From positions 870,001-902,000 of the forward strand of contig NZ_CP060715.1 in assembly GCF_014396165.1 (NCBI RefSeq): DNA of 32,000 nt, read 5' to 3'. Position 1 is the stretch's first letter; each line of letters starts with the position of its first letter. Positions 16,674-25,164 of this stretch are shown one piece after another. The notes under the pieces were generated by a model that worked only from the letters and a program-made list of their open reading frames with translations, made no database searches and was not told the origin of the DNA. The stretch comes from Erysipelothrix inopinata. GTDB lineage: Bacteria > Bacillota_I > Bacilli_A > Erysipelotrichales > Erysipelotrichaceae. A program made the position numbers and the translations under genes.

Positions 16674-16687
16674 ATACGGAGGATGAA

Positions 16688-17776
16688 ATGGCAAGATTAG
16701 GTATATCACTATATCCAGATAACTCAAATGTGAATGATGATGTTGCGTATATACGCAAAGCGGGGAAAGCAGGATTTCGTCGTGTTTTTTTAAGTTTACT
16801 GAGTGTTGAAGGAAAAACAAGAGAAAGTATCATTGAAGAATATCGTGAGATTAATAAAGCGGCTCACGAAGAAGGAATGGAAGTTATTTTAGATATAGCA
16901 CCTTTTATATTTAAGGAACTTGGGTTAGAGTATACTGACTTATCATTCTTTCATGAAATGAATGTGGATGGCATTCGACTTGATGAAGGCTTCGGTGGGG
17001 GGCTTGAAAGTCAATTGTCATTTAATCCTTACGGTTTAAAAATTGAATTGAACTCAAGTTTGGGTAATGATTATGTTGAAAATGTCATGAGCCATTATCC
17101 GAATCCGAATACAATTATTACATGTCATAATTTTTATCCACAACGTTATACAGGGTTAAGTCAATCTCATTTTGATTTTTGTAATGATAAAGTCAAAAAA
17201 TTGGGACTCCCTATAGCTGCCTTTGTATCGAGCCAAAATGCAGATACTTTTGGACCATGGCCTGTCAATGAAGGACTATGTACTTTAGAAGCACACCGTG
17301 ATTTACCAATCGATGTGCAAATTCGTCACTTAGTTGCAACGCAAATGATTGATGATATTATTATTGCAAATACGTATGCATCTGATGATGAACTTGAAAT
17401 TTGTTCAAAAATTAATCCAGGTCTTTTATCCTTTAAAATAGACTTTGAGAAAGAACTCCAAGAGTCAGAGCGTAAAATTATTTATGAACATGAGCATCAT
17501 GTTCGAGGGGATATGAGCGAATATATGGTTCGTTCAACGATGACACGTATTACTTATGCGAATGAATCTGTACGTCCAGAAAACACTCGTGATTTAAAGC
17601 GTGGAGATGTTATAATACTTAATGATGAGTATCCTCGCTATAAAGGGGAACTCCAAATCGTAATGAAAGATATGCCAAATGACGGTAGACGTAATGTTGT
17701 GGGTCACATTCCTGAAAATGAAATGATGTTATTAGACTTCGCGAAACCATGGCGTCCATTTGCTTTCTTAAAATAG
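16688..17776 (+). CDS. DUF871 family protein (MupG-like 6-phospho-N-acetylmuramidase family)
   Basis: The N-terminus (MARLGISLYPDNS...YIRKAGKAGFRRVFLSLL) and the 362-aa length match the DUF871/MupG TIM-barrel family. PTS-linked context. Confidence 0.85.
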   Translation: MARLGISLYPDNSNVNDDVAYIRKAGKAGFRRVFLSLLSVEGKTRESIIEEYREINKAAHEEGMEVILDIAPFIFKELGLEYTDLSFFHEMNVDGIRLDEGFGGGLESQLSFNPYGLKIELNSSLGNDYVENVMSHYPNPNTIITCHNFYPQRYTGLSQSHFDFCNDKVKKLGLPIAAFVSSQNADTFGPWPVNEGLCTLEAHRDLPIDVQIRHLVATQMIDDIIIANTYASDDELEICSKINPGLLSFKIDFEKELQESERKIIYEHEHHVRGDMSEYMVRSTMTRITYANESVRPENTRDLKRGDVIILNDEYPRYKGELQIVMKDMPNDGRRNVVGHIPENEMMLLDFAKPWRPFAFLK

Positions 17777-17792
17777 TTTAGGTGGAGGTATC

Positions 17793-18452
17793 GTGGCAGT
17801 TCCAATATATTTACAAATTAAAGAAGACTTGATCAATCACATCAATGAGGCTCCAGCGAATTCACCTTTAGATAGTGAAAGGGACCTCGCAATCTTATAT
17901 CGAGCAAGTCGAATGACTGTCCGTCGTGCTATAGATGAACTGGTTAATGAGGGCTATCTTTATCGTGAAGCGAACAAAGGGACCTTTGTAGCGAATCGAA
18001 GTTTACATAGAAAAAACAGTCTTGAATATGATGATTCTATGGATGTAACGCTTTTGTACTTTGATGTTAAAGCGCGTGCTGATGTTGCAGTTCAAAAAGC
18101 GCTTGCTCTGAAAAATGATGATCAAATCATCAAAGTTACACGTTTACTATCGCAAAACTCGCATCCGATAGCTGTCGAAGAATTATACTTTAAAAGACGT
18201 GATTTTTCAGATAAAGAGATGGAAATATTTTCTAAAGCGCATGAGCTCAATGAGTTTATGGCACGAGGTACCACGCACTATGAATTCCATGCAGCACTTG
18301 TACCGGTACAGTATATGAAAATGTTAAAGATTAAAATGAATACTCCAATTATAGAAATAAGTCGCATGATGACGTCGAAAGATGGATTGTCGATGGGCTA
18401 TGGTGTATCTTATTATAATCCTGATACATATAAAGTTGAAGTAACATTATGA
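17793..18452 (+). CDS. GntR family transcriptional regulator, HutC subfamily (UTRA effector domain)
   Basis: GTG start after GGTGGAGG. The wHTH is PLDSERDLAILYRASRMTVRRAIDELVNEGYLYREANKGTFVA. The ~150-aa C-terminal domain has UTRA-like length. Confidence 0.9.
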   Translation: MAVPIYLQIKEDLINHINEAPANSPLDSERDLAILYRASRMTVRRAIDELVNEGYLYREANKGTFVANRSLHRKNSLEYDDSMDVTLLYFDVKARADVAVQKALALKNDDQIIKVTRLLSQNSHPIAVEELYFKRRDFSDKEMEIFSKAHELNEFMARGTTHYEFHAALVPVQYMKMLKIKMNTPIIEISRMMTSKDGLSMGYGVSYYNPDTYKVEVTL

Positions 18453-18474
18453 CTCTATTCGTAGAGTCTTTTTT
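18451..18474 (+). terminator. Rho-independent terminator
   Basis: gactcta-ttcg-tagagtc hairpin followed by TTTTTT. Confidence 0.7.
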
Positions 18475-18541
18475 CTAGTCATTATGGTTGCGTGTCGGGA
18501 AATAAATTGATTAAACTTAATGCATAGAAAGAAGGCATAAT

Positions 18542-19498
18542 ATGGAACCAAACTATCGAGTGCTCCTTTATTATCAATATGTAACTATTGAGAATCCTGA
18601 GCAATTCAAAGAAGAACATCTTGCATTTTGTAATAGCTTAGGCATTAAAGGACGAATTATCGTATCGCATGAGGGGATTAATGGTACGGTTTCGGGAACC
18701 ATTGATCAAACACAAGCTTATATGGATGGCCTTCATAACGATGTACGTTTTAAAAATCTTGTTTTCAAACAGGATCTTGCTTATGAACATGCTTTTGATA
18801 AAATGCATGTGCGTTTTAAACCAGAACTTGTGAATTTAAAACTTGAGGAAGATGTGAACCCACTGGAATTGACCGGTACATATTTAGAACCAGTAGCATT
18901 TTACGAAGCAATGAAAGATGAAAATACTGTAATTATTGATGCCAGAAATGATTACGAATTTGACTTAGGACACTTTCAAGGAGCAATTAAGCCAGATATT
19001 AAAACATTTAGAGAACTTCCCCAATGGATTAAGGATAATGATGAATTACTTGAAGGGAAGAAGATACTAACCTACTGTACTGGTGGCGTCCGTTGCGAGA
19101 AGTTTTCGGGTTGGCTTAAGGCGGAAGGTCATGATGATGTTGGTCAACTTCATGGTGGAATTGTAACGTATGGTTACGATGAAACAGTCCAAGGAGAGCT
19201 TTGGGATGGCGCATGTTATGTATTTGATAAACGTTTATCCGTTCCAATCAATCGTGTTAATCCTGTTGTAGTTGGAAAAGATATTCTAACCTTAAAACCT
19301 AGTGAACGTTACTTAAACTGTGCGAATCCAGAGTGTAATAAACAGATTATCATGAGTGAAGACAGTGAAGAAAAAACATTGGGAAGCTGTTGTCGCGAAT
19401 GTATGATTCATCCACGAAATAGATATGTTCTCAAACATCATATTTCCAAGGAAACCATCAATCAAAAATTGAATGAACTTCCAGAATCATTTCTATAG
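18542..19498 (+). CDS. trhO: Rhodanese-domain tRNA uridine(34) hydroxylase TrhO (UPF0176/YbfQ/YceA family)
   Basis: N-terminus YRVLLYYQY..., rhodanese active-site loop [10 protein letters not shown], Cys-rich C-terminal tail. Confidence 0.88.
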   Translation: MEPNYRVLLYYQYVTIENPEQFKEEHLAFCNSLGIKGRIIVSHEGINGTVSGTIDQTQAYMDGLHNDVRFKNLVFKQDLAYEHAFDKMHVRFKPELVNLKLEEDVNPLELTGTYLEPVAFYEAMKDENTVIIDARNDYEFDLGHFQGAIKPDIKTFRELPQWIKDNDELLEGKKILTYCTGGVRCEKFSGWLKAEGHDDVGQLHGGIVTYGYDETVQGELWDGACYVFDKRLSVPINRVNPVVVGKDILTLKPSERYLNCANPECNKQIIMSEDSEEKTLGSCCRECMIHPRNRYVLKHHISKETINQKLNELPESFL

Positions 19499-19528
19499 AA
19501 AAAGGCCGTTAGTCGGCCTTTTGTTTTT
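19499..19528. terminator. Bidirectional terminator between convergent genes
   Basis: aaaaggccg-ttagt-cggcctttt hairpin. The stop codon of the minus-strand gene lies in the loop. Confidence 0.7.
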
Positions 19529-19847
19529 CTGCATAACGTGATTCTAGTTTCGATTTATGGGATTCGAAAATGTCTTCGAGATCTAAATCGTAGTGGTTTG
19601 CTATGACGATAATATTTCCCAGGACATCTCCAAGTTCTTCGGTAAGATTGGCTTTAAGCTCGAGATCTGATTGTATATCCTCATCAGGACGATCACGACC
19701 AATCTCTAATGCGCGAATAGCTTGTGCTACTTCTCCTGTTTCTTCAGCAAGAAAGCCAATTCTAATAAAGATATCTAAATCAGACCAACCGCGTTCCTTG
19801 TAATGTTCTTTAACCCAGTTTTGAAAAGTATGTAAGTTCATTGTCAT
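19509..19847 (-). CDS. MazG-like nucleotide pyrophosphohydrolase domain protein
   Basis: 112 aa with MazG EExxE motifs (LAEETGEVAQAIR ... LTEELGDVLGNIIVIANHYDLDLE). Confidence 0.88.
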   Translation of the reverse strand: MTMNLHTFQNWVKEHYKERGWSDLDIFIRIGFLAEETGEVAQAIRALEIGRDRPDEDIQSDLELKANLTEELGDVLGNIIVIANHYDLDLEDIFESHKSKLESRYAEKQKAD

Positions 19848-19948
19848 CCCCTCTTTTCTATAAAGTATTATAACTTAATTGTTGAAGAGGTGGTACAATA
19901 GTACTGAGACCTTTACATAATATTGTAAATGGAAAAAGGAGGAACTAT

Positions 19949-21280
19949 ATGGATTTAAAATTATTAATTGATGAAGCATTTGATGATTACAAACGTGATT
20001 TAGGACGTCTTGTGGGCATTGGTAGTGTTCTTGATGAAAATGGCGCTAAACCATTTGGGGAAAACATTCAAAAAGCACTTGAAGAAGTGATCGCAATTTC
20101 CAATGAAATGGGATTTAAGACATATATCGATCCTGAGGGATATTATGGTTATGCTGAGATTGGTGAGGGGGAAGAGATGTTTGGTGTCTTAGGACACATG
20201 GATGTCGTTCCTGTGGGTGATCTTGATGCATGGAATACAAATCCATTTGAACTTGTTGAAGCTGACGGCTTCTTAATGGGACGTGGATCACAAGATGATA
20301 AAGGACCAACACTTGCATCAATGTATGCTTTAAAGATTCTATTAGATCAAGGGGTTACTTTAAACCAAAGAGTACGCTTTATCTTTGGAACAGATGAAGA
20401 ATCACTATGGCGTTGTATGAATGCTTATGTAGCAAAAGAAGAACTTCCTACAAAAGGATTTACACCCGATTCATCATTTCCATTAATTTATGCTGAAAAA
20501 GGTTTGATTGAGTATACACTTATTTCACACCAAAAATCAGATATCATGCTTTCTGGTGGTGATGCACTTAATGCGGTACCATCATCAGCACAAACAACTT
20601 ATGATGCGAAAGTGGCTGAAGAACTTGATAACCTTGGTTACAAATATACTGTAAAGGATAATGTTATAACGGTACAAGGTAAAGCAATGCATGCTCAAGT
20701 TGCAGACAAGGGTGAAAACGCAATCGTCTATCTTGCACAAGCTCTTTATAACGCAGATAAACGTAATGATATGATTGATTTTATTGTTGAAAAGGGAACA
20801 GATGCTAACGGTCGTTTAATTTATGGTGATGTTCAAGATGACATTTCCGGTAAATTAATGTTTAACGTTGGTAAAGTTAACTTTAAAGAAAATATTCAAG
20901 AAGTAGGTATCGATATTCGTTTCCCCGTTACTTATCCAAAAGATAAAGTTGAAGAGATCTTAAAGAAGACCGCTCATGAATATCGTATTAATGTTGATCT
21001 ATTTGATTATTTAAAATCAATTTATGTTGAAAAAGATTCAGAATTTATCCTAAACTTAATGGGAGCATACCAAGAAGTTACTGGCGATATGGTTACACAA
21101 CCAATTGCTAGTGGTGGTGCAACCTATGCACGTGCGATGGATAATGTTGTTGCTTTTGGAGCAATCTTCCCTGGTGCTGAGAAAACAGAACACCAACCTA
21201 ATGAACGAATTAAAATTGAAGATATGAAAAAAGCAATGAACGTTTATGCACAAGCATTCTTGAATCTTGTGGTGAAGTAA
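19949..21280 (+). CDS. pepV: M20-family dipeptidase (PepV/Sapep-like)
   Basis: GHMDVVPVGDLDAWNTNPF...GRGSQDDKGP metal-binding motifs, 443 aa, AAGGAGG RBS. Confidence 0.85.
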   Translation: MDLKLLIDEAFDDYKRDLGRLVGIGSVLDENGAKPFGENIQKALEEVIAISNEMGFKTYIDPEGYYGYAEIGEGEEMFGVLGHMDVVPVGDLDAWNTNPFELVEADGFLMGRGSQDDKGPTLASMYALKILLDQGVTLNQRVRFIFGTDEESLWRCMNAYVAKEELPTKGFTPDSSFPLIYAEKGLIEYTLISHQKSDIMLSGGDALNAVPSSAQTTYDAKVAEELDNLGYKYTVKDNVITVQGKAMHAQVADKGENAIVYLAQALYNADKRNDMIDFIVEKGTDANGRLIYGDVQDDISGKLMFNVGKVNFKENIQEVGIDIRFPVTYPKDKVEEILKKTAHEYRINVDLFDYLKSIYVEKDSEFILNLMGAYQEVTGDMVTQPIASGGATYARAMDNVVAFGAIFPGAEKTEHQPNERIKIEDMKKAMNVYAQAFLNLVVK

Positions 21281-21281
21281 A

Positions 21282-22826
21282 ATGGACAAGAAAAAGCGAT
21301 TTAAGATGCCGAGTTCATACACAATTGTTTTTATAGCACTTGTGATTACGGCATTGTTAAGTTATTTTATTCCACAATCTGTCTTTGATAAGGAATCGGG
21401 TAAAATTATTCTAAATGCAGTCATGGATGCAGATGGAAATATCTTACAAGGCCAAGGGCTCCAACCGTTTGGATTCTGGGATGTCTTAATGGCTCCGGTA
21501 CTGGGTTTCCAAAAATCCAGTGATGTTGCGATTGGTATTTTATCAGCAGGTGGGTTCCTAAGTGTTCTTCACCATGTTGGTGCCTTAGATGCGGGGATTG
21601 GAAGTCTCTTATCTAAATTTAAGGGGAGTGCACTCATTGCCGTAATGATGTTTGTATTTGCAGTTCTAGGAACCTCCTTTGGATTCTGGGAAGAAATCAC
21701 TGCTTTCGCAGTCGTAATTGTACCGCTCTTTGTATTGGCGGGATATGACGTTATGACAGGACTTGGTGTTATCTTTATTGGATCAACGATCGGGAATATG
21801 GCTTCCATGGTTAACCCATTCTCAACAGGTGCTGCAGTCGCAGCTATCGGGAACCCTGAGTTATCAATCGGAAGTGGTATCGTTCTTAGAACAATTATCT
21901 TCTTAGCACTTTATGTGGTTGGAACGATGATGATGATTCAGTATGCAAATAAAGTTAAAAGTAATCCTGAAAAATCAATTCTTGCAGATGTTGAAGGTGT
22001 GAATACTTTGATTGACCGTAACGAACAGTTGCCCGAATTTACCAAAAAACGAAAACAGTCAGCACTTGTTCTTATTTTAATTGTTGTGATGACTATCCTA
22101 GGATATTTCCCATGGGAAGAAATTGCAGGAGCTGGAGTTGCGAATGCTATTAATGCACCATTCACTGCACTTGCTAAAATTCCACTTCTTGGGAATCTAC
22201 TCGGAGCAGGTCATATTACACCTTTAGGAACTTGGGGATTTAATGAATTTGCTTTCCTATTTATATTAGGGGCTTTTGTTCTTAAGATGATTAATAACCT
22301 ATCTGAATCAGAATTCTTGAAAATATTTATTGATGGGATGAAAGATCTCCTTGGTGTTGTCGTAGTACTTGCGATTGCTCGTGGTATCGCTATAATCATG
22401 GGTAACTCGACCATGGGTATGTCGATTACATTTATTTACTGGATTTCTAATGCGTTATCGAGTGTCCCACTTTGGGTATTTGGAATCTTTGCAATTCTAG
22501 CCTATGTGTTGATTGGTATATTCCTCCAATCTACAAGTGGTGTTGCGGGTATTTCGATGCCAATCCTTGGTGCTGTTGCTGCTGCTTTATTTACAACGAG
22601 TGCAGTTGGAGAATCCGGGGGACAGATTTTGTTAATTAGTGCCTTTGCGGCAGGAGTTAACTTTATGTCGGGGATTTATCCTTCAGCTACGATCATGGGA
22701 ACCTTAGAACTTGTGAACGTACCATATGATAAATACCTTAAATTTACATTGAGAATCTTAACAGTGCTCCTTCTTGTTGCAGCTGTAATTATCTCAATTG
22801 CACCTTATATTGGAATTGTAAAATAA
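21282..22826 (+). CDS. YfcC family / DcuC-type (C4-dicarboxylate anaerobic carrier fold) membrane transporter
   Basis: The N-terminus (KKRFKMPSSYTIVFIALVITALLSYFIP) is typical of YfcC. Polytopic, 514 aa. Start lies 1 nt after the pepV-like stop. Confidence 0.85.
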   Translation: MDKKKRFKMPSSYTIVFIALVITALLSYFIPQSVFDKESGKIILNAVMDADGNILQGQGLQPFGFWDVLMAPVLGFQKSSDVAIGILSAGGFLSVLHHVGALDAGIGSLLSKFKGSALIAVMMFVFAVLGTSFGFWEEITAFAVVIVPLFVLAGYDVMTGLGVIFIGSTIGNMASMVNPFSTGAAVAAIGNPELSIGSGIVLRTIIFLALYVVGTMMMIQYANKVKSNPEKSILADVEGVNTLIDRNEQLPEFTKKRKQSALVLILIVVMTILGYFPWEEIAGAGVANAINAPFTALAKIPLLGNLLGAGHITPLGTWGFNEFAFLFILGAFVLKMINNLSESEFLKIFIDGMKDLLGVVVVLAIARGIAIIMGNSTMGMSITFIYWISNALSSVPLWVFGIFAILAYVLIGIFLQSTSGVAGISMPILGAVAAALFTTSAVGESGGQILLISAFAAGVNFMSGIYPSATIMGTLELVNVPYDKYLKFTLRILTVLLLVAAVIISIAPYIGIVK

Positions 22827-22838
22827 AGAGGATAAACG

Positions 22839-23348
22839 ATGGATATTAAATATAAAAAGTTTTCAGCAGAACATGTACCTTATTATTATCAATGGCGAAA
22901 TGATCCTGAGGTAGCAATCTATGATCAATCCGGATTCCTAAGACCCATGTCTTATGAAGAGGTTGAAGCATGGTGCCAGATTCTAATTGACGGCATGACA
23001 TATATCGTAGAAGTTGATGGGAAACCGGTAGGTCAATGTGCATTTATGAACATGGACCAACGTAATCGACACGCTGAATTAGCAATCGTAATTGGTGATA
23101 AGAACTATTGGAGTCAAGGAATTGGTTCAATAGTCATGGCACAACTTCTAGAATGGGGATTTGAAGGATTAAATCTTAACCGTCTCTATCTCCACGTTTT
23201 TGATTTTAATAAACGTGCGATGGGATTATACGAAAAATTTGGATTTACCAAAGAAGGAACGATGCGCGATATGATTTATCGTGAGGGTCGTTACAATGAT
23301 ATCCATTGTTATGGATTGATGCGTAATGAATGGAAGAAAGAGGCTTAG
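22839..23348 (+). CDS. GNAT family N-acetyltransferase (RimJ/RimL-like)
   Basis: 169 aa with motif A (YWSQGIGSIVMAQLLEWGF) and LYLHVFDFNKRAMGLYEKFGF. Confidence 0.88.
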   Translation: MDIKYKKFSAEHVPYYYQWRNDPEVAIYDQSGFLRPMSYEEVEAWCQILIDGMTYIVEVDGKPVGQCAFMNMDQRNRHAELAIVIGDKNYWSQGIGSIVMAQLLEWGFEGLNLNRLYLHVFDFNKRAMGLYEKFGFTKEGTMRDMIYREGRYNDIHCYGLMRNEWKKEA

Positions 23349-23362
23349 CCTCTTTTCTTTTT
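23336..23362 (+). terminator. Rho-independent terminator overlapping the end of the GNAT gene
   Basis: gaaagaggc-tta-gcctctttt hairpin followed by a T-rich tract. Confidence 0.55.
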
Positions 23363-23402
23363 GTCCAATTTTGGGTAGAGTATAGGTAAGCGAGGTAATG
23401 GT

Positions 23403-24251
23403 ATGAACGAACTTGAAAAAAACGCGCAGGAAACACTGAAATCAGCGAGTAAACAACTCAAATTTCTAACGATGGTTACGAATGTTACATCTTATATTGT
23501 AGTTGGCGGCTTGTTGTCTGTAACACTCTATAATATTTTTACTGAAGGATTTGGTGATACCATCTGGATGATTTTGATTACAGCAATCACAGCACCCATG
23601 ATTTTAGTAAGTATGAGACGTAAGATTAACAGCAGTCATGAAGATCGCTTTCTTAAAAGCTTTGATTTTATTGTAGACGCGCAATGGGTGTGTGGAACGT
23701 ATCATGATATTTTAAAACAAGCAATCGAATCTTATCCACTCAAAACGAAATCTGACACTTTAATTGAAAGTTACGGAATTACAATTTTACATCGTAATCA
23801 TGATGAAGAAGTTAATGAATTCTTGAATGATTATGAATTATGGCTTGAAGATAAAATTCTTAAAAATCGCTTTGAGTTCTTACGTCAGGTTAAAGAAAAT
23901 CCAAAAATGACATGGGGTGAATTTGAATCACTACGTAATGGTACAATTGAAACAATGATTGCGAAAGGGAAAAGCAAATTGGATTCGTTATTTATTATTA
24001 CCTATACAGCCAAGCTTGATTTAGTGGGACTCTATTATAAAGAATCTTATGATAAAATTCTGGAAATAATTGAAGCAAAACATCAAGATGCGATGAAACA
24101 TCAAAACCCGCAATATGAACTCTTAAAAGGGATGGCATATTTGAAACTTGAAGATCTTGAGAAAGGGAAAAAAGCCCTTCAAAACTGTGTTAATGTAGCG
24201 AATGATTCAATCTATAAACGCTATGCATCCGAGTTATTATCAACACTATAA
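23403..24251 (+). CDS. Hypothetical membrane protein (two TM segments, helical cytoplasmic domain)
   Basis: 282-aa ORF with a GAGGT RBS. Hydrophobic segments are VTSYIVVGGLLSVTLYNIF and IWMILITAITAPMILV. I recognise no family. Confidence 0.7.
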   Translation: MNELEKNAQETLKSASKQLKFLTMVTNVTSYIVVGGLLSVTLYNIFTEGFGDTIWMILITAITAPMILVSMRRKINSSHEDRFLKSFDFIVDAQWVCGTYHDILKQAIESYPLKTKSDTLIESYGITILHRNHDEEVNEFLNDYELWLEDKILKNRFEFLRQVKENPKMTWGEFESLRNGTIETMIAKGKSKLDSLFIITYTAKLDLVGLYYKESYDKILEIIEAKHQDAMKHQNPQYELLKGMAYLKLEDLEKGKKALQNCVNVANDSIYKRYASELLSTL

Positions 24252-24253
24252 AG

Positions 24254-24283
24254 TAAGACGCTCAATTTGAGCGTCTTATTTAA
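24254..24283. terminator. Bidirectional terminator between convergent genes
   Basis: gtaagacgctca-att-tgagcgtcttat hairpin. The stop codon of the merR-like gene lies in the right arm. Confidence 0.75.
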
Positions 24284-25085
24284 TACGGATAGAGAGTTCG
24301 ATGATAAATTCATCTTCTGTTTTCACGGTTATTTCATTAACGAGAAGTTTCTCATAAAAAAAATCTTCCAAATCAAGATTTTTGTCCGAAGCAAACTGAA
24401 TCATCGCTTCATATCCAATATACAAAGTATCAAAACTTCCGTGATGATAGTATGTAAGATAGGTTCCTGCAGGTTTGATAAAATCATTATCACTTGACTT
24501 ATGATTTAATTTAGTGACGAAAAGATGGTTGGGTGCTTCATACTGTTTAGCGAAAATCTTATCTTTATGCGTGATTGATCCAATGTAATTTGCGAACAAG
24601 ATATTGTTATCTTCGCAAAAGTTAATGTAGTCTGTTAAATATCCATGGGCGTTATGTGTATCAATAGCTTTACTAATAATGATGAGTTCTTCAGCAGAAT
24701 TAACAAGCATACATGTGTTGGCAGGTTGGAGTTCTGCAATTTGCAACATGCTTAAAGTATGAGATATAAAATTTTTACTCATTTCCAGAGTTTGAATCTG
24801 ATTTTCGATTGTATCTAATCTTTGTGATAAAATAGAAGTAAGCTGTTGTGGAGAACGTACATCAAGGTATTTTTTAATATCCTCAAGTGGCATTCCCATA
24901 TCTTTTAAAAAGGTGATGACTGTAAAAGCATAGTATTGATGGTAGGCATAATAGCGATAGCCATTACTGTCAATTGATTCGGGTTTGAACAGGTCAATTT
25001 CATCATAATAATAGAGTACATGTTTAGGAACTTTACATAGTTTTGAAAATTGCCCGGTTGATAATTTATCATTTTTATTATTCAT
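24276..25085 (-). CDS. MerR family transcriptional regulator with a C-terminal effector-binding (GyrI-like, BmrR-type) domain
   Basis: The N-terminal MerR HTH is [28 protein letters not shown]...[11 protein letters not shown], followed by a coiled-coil linker and a ~150-aa C-terminal domain. The gene is divergent from the ABC exporter genes. Confidence 0.9.
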   Translation of the reverse strand: MNNKNDKLSTGQFSKLCKVPKHVLYYYDEIDLFKPESIDSNGYRYYAYHQYYAFTVITFLKDMGMPLEDIKKYLDVRSPQQLTSILSQRLDTIENQIQTLEMSKNFISHTLSMLQIAELQPANTCMLVNSAEELIIISKAIDTHNAHGYLTDYINFCEDNNILFANYIGSITHKDKIFAKQYEAPNHLFVTKLNHKSSDNDFIKPAGTYLTYYHHGSFDTLYIGYEAMIQFASDKNLDLEDFFYEKLLVNEITVKTEDEFIIELSIRIK

Positions 25086-25098
25086 CTGTGTTTTCTCC

Positions 25099-25129
25099 TT
25101 GACTATAAGGTTACCTTATACTTTATTAT
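25099..25129 (+). promoter_or_regulatory. MerR-type promoter with a 19-bp spacer and a central dyad
   Basis: TTGACT (25099-25104), 19 nt spacer, TATTAT (25124-25129). The spacer holds the perfect dyad ATAAGGT-T-ACCTTAT (25105-25119). Confidence 0.7.
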
Positions 25130-25164
25130 AATACGGCTGTAGATAATTGTATAGGAGGGAAATT

